A stretch of DNA of 64,000 nt, from contig BDGG01000004.1 of the NCBI GenBank assembly GCA_001949185.1, positions 4,497,777 through 4,561,776 on the forward strand, read 5' to 3'. Shown piece after piece: positions 12,201-22,078 of this stretch. This DNA is from Ramazzottius varieornatus. Taxonomy: Eukaryota > Animalia > Tardigrada. The notes below the pieces were generated by a model. The model searched no databases, was not told where the DNA came from, and was given only the letters and a program-made list of their open reading frames with translations. The position numbers and the translations under genes are program-made. Each line of letters starts with the position of its first letter. The first letter of the stretch is position 1.

Positions 12201-13763
12201 GCTGAGATCCTTTAGCAAAACTTTGACCGGAAGAATATATAGTTGATTAGCCTGATTGTCGACAGAAGTGGCATAAAGTGCGCAATTGAAGCCGTGATTG
12301 ATTGACATTTGACAGGCAGCAAAGAACATCTGCTTTTCTTCCAGTAACGAGAAGAACATCTCATTTTTGCAAGGAACGAGGGAATGTCCGGAAGGAGAAG
12401 AGTTCAATGTGCCGTCGTAGGAAATGTCGGTGGTGCGGAACCAAGAGCGTGGCAGCTGCTCATCAGGCTAATTACCGTCCTAGGCGCATCTCTTGAAGGA
12501 TGTATGGTACAGTAAAGGTGTGGCGGCGGAGACGTGGAGCATAGTCAGTGGCATGGTCATATCTTAAGAAATTAATTACAGACACCTCGCTCGTTCCGAC
12601 CATTGTGCCAACCTTCCACCAAGTTACCCCAAAGGATGCACGGAAACTACCCGACTTAAATTTGTACGGTACCGGAGGGGACATGGCAGACTAATTAGTG
12701 TACGCTGCGTAGTACGGATAGTGGACAAGGAAGTCGTTGCCGTAGTAAGATTTGTAAGGCAGTTAACTGCCTCTGCAGCGCGTCTAGCTCTTGTCTTCTC
12801 TTCAAACATTCAAGCGAGAATAGTCCAATGCCTTGAATAGTCATTCATGTTCCCCATTCTTGGTGTCGACGGAAGAATGGACGAGGAATTCGTGTCGAAG
12901 ACGGTGCATTCAGGAAGAGCAGACAGATGGCTGTCGCATGTAAACCTTGACGCACGTATTATTCACCATGTCACAGTGACAAGTCCAATCCAGGCTTTGA
13001 GTAGGTCTCAGAAAACATACATAGTAGTATGTCAGATGAAATCATTCGTCCAGGTCCATTATTGGTCGACAGAATCGGATCCATGTTTGTAAATACAAAG
13101 ATTTTATTTAGACGATTGGGTTCAAAGAGATGTGTAATAATGTCATTGGGTGTTGTTACAGATGGGGAAGTGGCGTCGCGAGTGGCTCCATCAGCAATGG
13201 CAGCACTGGCCGTCATTGTCCAGTCATGGCTGACTCTTCACCTCTGGCAGCAGAACAAGTTCGCCGGGTCCGCGGAAGCAGTCTCTGTTCCCCTCTCCAG
13301 GGACTTCCTGCATGACAACCTCCACACCGTCCTTCAGGCCGGAGAAATGTCCCCGGAATACGTAAGAATACCTTGGCCCTTTAGGCAAACAAACTCGACA
13401 AGAACACTTGCTCAAGTGGCGCACGTTTTCGATGTTATAGAGTGCAGGCGTGCGCCACTTGGAAGAACGATCTTGTCGACTGTTTGCCGTGCTGCCATTC
13501 ATTGAATAACACCTTGACAGTCTTTGATTTCGGGTTTCTTGTCTACGCAGTTTATACAAATGACGGACTTTTGTTTACACCGACTGTTCATGGCCGAGTA
13601 CCACGACGGACTGGATGCCGTAACGGTTCTTACCTTCTGCTGGGAGATGGGACAGACGCTAGGCCAGCTGTCGACACTGCAATCAGCCTGCGTAGCTTCC
13701 CTAACCAACCCGAAAGATCTCAGTCCTCACCCCATCCACACCAACGCCTCCAGCATCAACTAA
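9231..13763 (+). CDS. Divergent cyclin D-like protein (multi-exon; 3' exons less certain)
   Basis: MEDLLCGE (LxCxE) at 9312; cyclin-box-like EVLQLSISFLDRF (9685-9900) and EMMLRVTDWDVIDWTPACFVPHFM (11159-11318); further exons ~13224-13361 and 13551-13763. Confidence 0.6.
12016..12116. repeat. Palindromic ~110-bp element (cyclin-like intron)
   Basis: aactggcgcac-N22-gtgcgccactt...gatcttgtccagttt. Confidence 0.9.
13381..13489. repeat. Palindromic ~110-bp element (cyclin-like intron), near-consensus copy
   Basis: ggcaaacaaactcgacaaga...aagtggcgcac-N25-gtgcgccactt...tcttgtcgactgtttgcc. Confidence 0.95.
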
Positions 13764-15172
13764 CACTGGCATCAAATTGTATATGAATACTGGTGGACCG
13801 AAGCTGCCTATAGAAGATAACTGACTTGACACATTCGGACTCTCCCTTGAACGGTTATGACTTCCTGGTTAGAATGTATGTCTTCGGTTCGACGCCGTTT
13901 ATATATACTATTGAAATATTAGACGTTTAACCTTTCCAGTTCTCAGTTCAGACACTTTTTTCCTTGTTTTTGTTTAAAGATCCGGTCAATCATTTTTTTC
14001 CCCTGTTCTGCCTTACAATTGTCGGACCAGTAAACTCGGGATACCAGGTGCCTGAGTTTGGTTTTGTTCCCACTGTTCGCATCTTTCTTTGGAACGGCCG
14101 TGTTTTTTCTGTACTTAGATTTCTTGTTGAGAATTACTTTTGCCTTCTTAGTCGAGTCATCATTCTGATTTTTTGCTGTTGTAACGTCGTACTTGTAATT
14201 ATGGAACGAAACAACATGAAATGGCACAGTTCATACACTTCAGCCTACCGCAGTCTCCTAAGCGTAACTTACATTCGCGGGGCGGCACCCTAACGGGTAC
14301 TGTTGCCGCCGAGGGAGGCTAAAAGGGAAGAAAACGGGAACTGGGATGATGGCAGCGCGTATCCCAAGTTCCCAACCATTGGATTACTACTCCCTGTGAC
14401 TCAGAATACAATGCTATAGCCTTATCTCCTTCTTTTGTGACCTACTTTCGCTTCTCCTCAGTCACATTCCATACACAAGCTTATCTCCACTAATGTTGTA
14501 CTTTGCCCTTCACTGGGCAAAGTTCAGCAGAGGGGTTCAAACACAAACTTACGAACAAAACAAGATCCGCAACGACAGCTCGTGCCCAAAAATCCCATGT
14601 TAGACCACCTGAATTGGTTTGACATGGGATAACATGGGGTATCAAGGTTGTATTACTAAGCTCTGTGAGCATTACGTAATAGCCTCACACTGTATCGGCG
14701 GCGGCAACAAAAGGGGGCACTGCGCAAGTTGAGCGGTCGAAGTCCGCTGCGCATTCCGCGCGAACACGTTCCGTCTTCCAAGGCAGTAGCCTAAGTTAGC
14801 TTCCACAGAACCACAAATTGTAGCTCGGGAGGAATAAACTAGAAGATACAGCAAAGACGTTCTAAACTCTCAGTTCACCACATACCCGAATTCAAGAGAA
14901 ACGCAGACAACCAGCGATGTGCACAAAGCCGTGCACAACTTCAAAAACAAAAAAGGAACACGTACCAATTACCATCAGCACAATACACTCGATATAAAAC
15001 AAAGCGAGCCTGAACTAAAAATCAAATCATCGACAAAACAACCTTCTAAGACGTAAAGCGAGACAACGCAACAACACGGTAAAATAGTAACGTCGTCTAC
15101 CATCGTAACCAAAACGCCAGTCAGAGCAACGGTACTTCGTGCAACGCGTCTCTTATCTTCATCCACTTCCGC

Positions 15173-18100
15173 TCACAAGTAATACAGGAACTGCTCCAAA
15201 TCTCGATGAGGAGTCTCATGGATAGACTGTCCCACGACGAAGGCCAGCTTGTGTGCATCTGCCCGAAGGGTAAAAAGTGACATGTTTTTCTTCTCGGAAT
15301 TTCAAAGTAATATGAGGAGAAAGGCAGACGTACTTTGACAGTTGGCTGGGACCTTGACAGGTCCACTCCAGTTGAAATACATACAACATAGAGCGTATGT
15401 AAGAGCCTGGATTTGATCTAAGGTCAGGAGGGTCTCGTCCAGCAAAATGTTGTAATAGGCAGGAGAAACGGTCCCTTGACGGACACTTTGTGAGACGATG
15501 AAGAAATCCATCCTGCGACACACACACACAAAACACACATGTAAACCCAGGGCTAAGTTAATTCCCCGGTCATTCGCGCCGACCTAACTTGGTATGAATC
15601 TGAGTTACCAACCTGTTGGGTTTGGTACAGCCGGTATCGACAACGGTGCCGGGAAGTGGATTCTCCGTGTCTTTGCCTCGTGGTTCCACAATAAAGCGTG
15701 TGTTGTGGCGCTTTGTCACGACAATGTAGGCCAGTCGAGTGCTAAAACAACAGATTCAATCTACTTCCCTCGACAAAGCCAAATTTTACAGTTAGTGTCA
15801 GCCTTACCCGTCTCCACACCTCCGCCTTATTTCACTCTTAACCGCCATGATCTCGTTTGCAAACACCATCGGCAACTGACCATTCCCCACACCTGATAAA
15901 AAATTACATTCAATACGGGAAACTCTTGATTCGGGGAGCCGGCGAACAAAGCGTACCAGACCGTCATCCCAATGGCGCACGGTTCCAGCCAGTACCACTG
16001 ATAACGTGCGCCACTTGAGATAACGGTCTTGTACGCTTCATCAGTCAAACTTCCATTTGAAACTTCAAAGCCCAGTATGCATTACCGTCTCGATAGAAGA
16101 TGACATTGTCGGGGAACCTTCCCCCGTGTTTCTTCGCGTACTCATCCAGCAACACTAGAAGAAAACCAGAAGTTTCAAGTTCATAGGGGGTTCAATAAGT
16201 CCGAAGGCAAATACCACATGGAAGTGCTGTTTTCAGAGCACGCTTTTCAAGCGATAGACCATCTCTTCTAACCACTATCCTCAGACGTTGAAGTACCTGG
16301 TACTCGAACAGAAGGAGAAATTATTTTTTGAAAAAAGGCAAGAGATTGTTTTTCGATTTTCCTCGATTTTTCGATAACCCGCGTTATCCGCACCGATCGT
16401 GTCGAGTATCTGAAATACATGATTTTTTAGCGCTCCGACAAAAACCAACTAGAGCGTGAAGGGATATAGAGTGAAAGCTAGCTTCTAACGGAAACACGGT
16501 GGAGAAAACAGAAAACTTTGAAAAATGCGGCTGGTGGTCAGGTAGCGCACTAGCTAAATTACCCCGTTGCCTTGCGCACTTTCACTTTGGGCAAAAACGA
16601 ATCCCTTCCTCCAGTCCTGACAGCGGTCGGGGCTTGACCTCCTTCTGCCCAAACTAGTCGCTAGGCATGGCATTTTCATCCAGTGCTGAACTCAAACTTG
16701 AAAACAAACGACGGGAAAGACACCACATGATTTCTTCAAGAACGTTGCACACTCCAAAAACCTCGCTTAAAGTCGCTTCATACACTTTACAAAATTTTTT
16801 CAACGAATTAGTTTTCCAACCTAGGCTCTAACCCTGCCGTATCGCCCATAAGTTGCTCTAACCTTATGGAAAAAACTGCAGAGATCGAACGACCACAAAA
16901 TTTCTGGTGAGCGCAGCTTTAAAACTTATTGAACCCCCCTGTGTAATAACCTTTTGGGTGCAAGTACTTCAAACCTGACAAGAAAACAAGCTTCGACTTC
17001 ACATACATCCGACATTAGCCCCCAGTTCACTGCCAATTTCTTGACGGGCAGCCTGGAAGAAGACCTTGCATTGGAAGGTGGTCAGTTCGTTATTCATCGT
17101 CGCCACCATGGCCACCACCGATCGGCCAGCTATGCGTCCACTGTCGTGGTATGTGTCAACGCCGATGAACATGATACTTCCGCGCTGCAAACACCAACCT
17201 TACTCATCACGATCTTCACGGTCGGCAAAGGACGGCGAGCTGAGCCATCGAACAATAAAAACCAAAATTTCAAAACATCATGATCGCTCCCGCGACCACA
17301 ATACTAAAGAAAACTATCAGCGTTCTTTTCTGGACCACCTGCATGTCAGAGATAATTCACTGCGCTCTGCTAGTAAGACTTACGAGGTTGAAACGGCTAA
17401 GATCGAGTCCCCACGGTGCGCCGCCCAACTTTGCACCCATCTGCAGCGCCACCTTGGTAGCCACTGTCTTCATTGCGCCGGGCTTCTCGATGGTTCTCTT
17501 GACGATGACTTGCGACAAAACTAGGGAAGAAAAAGCAGAGCCGGTCAGCAGAACCATCTGCGCGAGACAACACTCACAACACTGGTCTGCAGAAATGAGC
17601 CAATATCCAACGACTGGTTGAATGAGCCAGATGCCAACGGACACTTTTTACCTGGCATCTCGACGCAGAGGAGGTGCTTCACTTCATCGTAGCGGTTCTT
17701 CAGCTTGTTAGGCAAAATGACAATAACCTGCAACAATCCGCCATATCACCGCATGGACAATGAATTCTGCCACCACAAAGTCAGACGGCACAGATGGTAC
17801 TTATGTATTTACCAATTCGGTGCTATTGAACTGGGCCATCTTCTGTCGCAGCAGCCGAACGATATCTCGATCACTGTTATAAGGAACCCTGCCACAAACA
17901 ACACACGACTTGGTTTCAAGGTTCGGCACTGGTCGTCGAACCATCAAGATCAGCATATTTTCCACCAGACGCTATTCGGGAAAAGGTCGAAGTGGACTTA
18001 CACTTCGGGGTTTGGGGGATTCCAACCCATGGGCCTGCCAACCTGCTGCATCTCGACCCAGAACTGCTCGGCCATCCGGTTGAGCATCCTCGGAAAGAGA

Positions 18101-21100
18101 TACAGGATGCCGACGGCGTTGACGAAGGGGTAGTGGAACTTGCCCGATCGAATGTCCGTCGTCCAGTCCGCTCTGTCCGTCGTGTAGGAAAACTAAACAA
18201 CCCCAGACTGATGAAGCATGTGGCACACATTGCTCGACGAGCATTAATATCCAAACGAATCCAATCTCTTGCTCACGCTAAACTCTTACCTTCTTGCCCC
18301 CCTGAATCATACCGACCGGTCTGAGAGCACGAGCGGGTGTGGTCAAAAGGTTGTTCTCGAACTGAAGATTCCAGGCTCGCATCTCGGCCTCCACTTTTGG
18401 ATTGCTGGAAAAAGAAAGGATGGACTTGGGAACAAAGAAAAACAGCGCCCTGAATATTTCCATCTGTTTCACCACTACCACCATGCACCGACACCAACAA
18501 AACAGGAAACAGTCATGAAACTAGCAACGACAACTGGGAACTCGACAAACAGCCTCGGCAAGAGTATTTTCCCAAGTGGTGCACGTTTTCAGTGTTCTTG
18601 GCTGGAAGCGTGCGCCACTCAGGTAGAAAAATCTTCGACTTGTTTGCCTATGTCTTAACTACAATGTTGATCGACCTTTCTCAAGGTAGGAAAGCAGGTG
18701 GTAAAACCAGGAAAAGGTGGAAACCAAGCCCTTACCCTAGTAGATTCTCCATAAAGTCGTAGATCTTGTCGAGACGGAGTTGTGACTTTTGCAGAGTGTG
18801 GTCGGATACAGCCTTCATGAAGTGGAAGTTGCCGCGCATGTCGTCCGTCAAACCAGTGGGGTTAACCAGTTCAGGAACCAGGTAGCAGACGCGATTCTGA
18901 TCCTTCATCTTGAAGCGGGCAGCGCCCGTCTCTTCCGCCATCAGCAAGGGCTGCTTTCCGTCCCTGATGGTAATGTCGTATCTCTGCAGTCAAAATTCAT
19001 GATTAACCTAATGATCATATCCAGCTAGTCCCTTGACAATCCAGTCAGGAGTTCCCTCATGGGTCGCTATTTAAGACCGACTACAGCCAAAAATAACAGG
19101 CATAATTTTTGCGTTCTCATCCGAAACTTAGCTTAGATTTTTACCGGTCTTTCTGACAAGTCTGCTTTAATTCAAGAGGAAACACACGCCGAAAAGAGAA
19201 AAAACTCCTGGAAGCTACTGCGGGATCCGGAAGTTAGGGCTTCCAGACGCTGCAGTGACGTAAAGATCCTTGATTGAGCGTTTTGATCGAGCATAAATTC
19301 ATCAGCCGATCAGCTGNNNNNNNNNNNNNNNNNNNNNNNNNNNNNNNNNNNNNNNNNNNNNNNNNNGATGGCGTGTCATGAAGCGCTGCTAACGGATTTT
19401 GGTAGACCGTTCTGTCCCACGATGTCAGACAGCTGATCGGCTGATGAATTTATGCTCAATCCAAACGCTCAATCAAGGATCTTTACGTCACTGCAGCGTC
19501 TGGAAGCCGTAACTTCCGGATCCCGCAGTAGCTTCCAGGATTTTTCTTCTGACTAGGTCTATAGCTCAAACTGTAGAGGAAACTCTCTTCTATCTTCCTG
19601 CAGTATGGGTTTCAGCATCGGAATTTAACGGTTGCCGTTATCCCCTTGTAAGGAGATACAGGGAGTCTCTTGTCGGGTCCAACAGGAAGAGAGGTTTGTC
19701 CAATGTTAAAAAGCCTGTGGGAAAATTTTTCAGCGAGCCGCTAGGGGCGTGCGTGTCGCGTTTCGTCAAGTTGTGGTAGGTAAGGCAATAGGACATGTCG
19801 CCACCGCGCGGCTAAAAGCTGACCAAGTCTGCTATGTTCTCCTCGTGATTACCTTCTTATAGTACTCCCTTAGCGAGACATTGCCATCGCGTATCTCCAT
19901 TCTGAAGCTGTCGACCGTCTGGTTCCACTCAACCGCGTTGATTCGGTAAGTTCGCTTCTTGTCAGCATACCTGCCACAAGAAGTTTGTCGATCATTCGAT
20001 ACGATGACGAATAAAGCGAACGGAAAGACCGAGAACTTACTGCGCTATGACGATGCTTCCCACCACTTGTTCTTCGACGAAACTGGTGGCTTCCATGCCT
20101 TTAAGGTTCTGCCGGTTCGCCATGCCAAATCCGTCGTTGACGATCTGGAGCATAGTGGTGGCTCTACAAGAGATGAACCTCGATAATTAAAGACTACCTG
20201 CTTCGTGGCTTCAGCCAATCGACATCAAGACAGTGTGGAAAAGTCTAAAGCTTACCGAATAACTTTGAAGCGATTATCGATATTCAAGAGGCAACCGCCG
20301 TCGTACGGAGCGATCGAAGTCTCAAAGCCAGGATATAGATACACTCTACAACGAGACAACATCAACCAGATTAGAGGTGCTCAAGACAGTTTTCCAAAGA
20401 AAGGAAAAAAATTCGGAACAATAAAACCTTCTGATTGGGCTCTACTCATTCTACTAGGTGGGGTTAGGCTGGTATCAAAGGGTTCTTACGTGGTGCCTCC
20501 ATCAGAGACCTTGATGGCTTTGGTGGCATCGTAATGCGCACGGCCAAGCTGCGACAAGCCTAGATATTGGTCCAACCACCTGTGAAAGACAAGGAAAAGT
20601 ATCAGTTATTTCCAGATCAGAGAGCCCTAATTTTCCAAGAAGGAACATGGAAAGTTTCCTTACTTGTTCTTCCTGTTATTGAGGAACGTGTAGATTTCTT
20701 CCAGGCGATCTCCTCCAATGACTCTGGCTTTGGTCAGCGTCACAGTAATTCCCCGGACCTCACCTTCTCGTTGAAAAGTATGAGAAGCTTTCTACAACAA
20801 ATCAACAATCCATCTGAGACGTGAGCAAACGGATCGACTCACATTGGTTATCTCAGGTGGCGCACGGGTTCGTTGTTACTGGCTGACAGTGTGCGTCACT
20901 TGGAAAGAGATCTCGTTTATTCATTTGTCCAGGTTCCTTTTATTGAAAAGAATTGACTTACCAGTTGAATCTGGCCGGCAGCCTGGACGGACATGAAGAC
21001 GATGGCTTGTCCGTTGTAGACGAATGCCGTGATGGGGATCTTATTTTCGTCCATCATCAGCCTGGACACGAAGTCGATTCGGTTGCGACGAATGGGTTCG

Positions 21101-22078
21101 TCCGGGTTGAACTGGGCATCATACTGGACAACCGTGTCGGACAAATCGCCCAACAACCTGACATAATTGCAGAGCAACACGATCTTCTGTCCTTCGCTGC
21201 CTGAAATGAGACACTTTTGTAAAATAAAAGCTGAAACTTCAGAACAAGGAAAAATAAAACCTCCGCGTTCAAAATCAATACTCAAACAGTCAAACTACAA
21301 ACAGCCCAGCGGAGAAAGTATCTAATTTGTCGGCTGGTATCGCTCTCCTCAAAAAGGGCCTGGCTTCACACTGAACAACAAGTTGCAAAAAATGGAACAG
21401 GGAAGAATTCTACCGGAAATGGTCACCTGTCTTGACGGCGTTGTATTTTGCAGGCCTAGTCATTAGATCTTCCTCTCGCTCCCGCGGCGTCAGCTGCATC
21501 CGCGCCATTCCTTCGATATTCCGCGCTATCTCGGCTGTCAACCTGGACTCTCTCGGTGCTGCCAGGCTGCTACGTTCAGCTTCCCTATACGAAACATGTA
21601 CCTTCAGCACAACTTCGAGATGAATATCAAGCAAATACCGTCGGGCATTTAGATGCAAGGCTTACACGTAGGCATCCCGTCGAGCTCGGTCAAAAGCCGC
21701 CCTTTCCTCTTCACTGCTTTGGGAATCAGGACTTTCACGAGACACCTAAGCGAGAAGAAGAACGCCGATAAACATGGGACCAGCTAGCCAGAAAACACTG
21801 AAGGCAAACACGGAAGAACCATCCAAGACTGTACCAGTATGCAAGCCACTTTCAAGCTGGTTCGTTCGGCTTACCGTTCGGCTGACCCGAGCTCGGATGT
21901 CCCGAGCATTTCTGTCTCCTTGTTCCGGTGACGGGCTCTGTTTCGGCTTGTCATCTGACGACGAAGGCGAAAATCGTGGTCGTCGCACAGTGCGACCGCC
22001 AACCGATCGTCCTGATCGGAACTGTCGCTGGTCGCCTCCGCCTCGTTCCTGTGAACCTCCGTCTTCTCGATCAGCCAT
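15173..22078 (-). CDS. piwi: Piwi-clade Argonaute (N, PAZ, MID, PIWI)
   Basis: YLVPELVNPTGLTDDMRGNF (PAZ end), [88 protein letters not shown]...LYYL*. Confidence 0.96.
15939..16036. repeat. Palindromic ~110-bp element (Piwi intron)
   Basis: aatggcgcac-N25-gtgcgccactt; spacer in reverse orientation. Confidence 0.9.
16182..16943. mobile_element. ~760-bp non-autonomous DNA transposon with ~19-bp TIRs (Tc1/mariner-like termini) in a Piwi intron
   Basis: Left CATAGGGGGTTCAATAAGT, right ACTTATTGAACCCCCCTGTG; no coding capacity inside; TSD not clean. Confidence 0.7.
18541..18650. repeat. Palindromic ~110-bp element (Piwi intron)
   Basis: aagtggtgcac-gttttcagtgttcttggctggaagc-gtgcgccactc. Confidence 0.9.
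19197..19550. mobile_element. Foldback/MITE-like element with ~120-bp near-perfect inverted arms spanning an assembly gap, in a Piwi intron
   Basis: 19197-19316 (CCTGGAAGCTACTGCGGGATCCGGAAGTT...ATCAGCCGATCAGCTG) is the reverse complement of 19430-19550 with a few mismatches. Confidence 0.8.
19317..19366. other. Assembly gap (50 N)
   Basis: Run of N. Confidence 1.
20823..20917. repeat. Palindromic ~110-bp element (Piwi intron)
   Basis: aggtggcgcac-N25-gtgcgtcactt. Confidence 0.85.

Noticed and set aside
13362-13550. Palindromic family as introners (elements that create whole introns)
   Set aside because: The element sits inside the introns. Splice sites lie outside it in unrelated flanks of variable length, and some copies are non-intronic.
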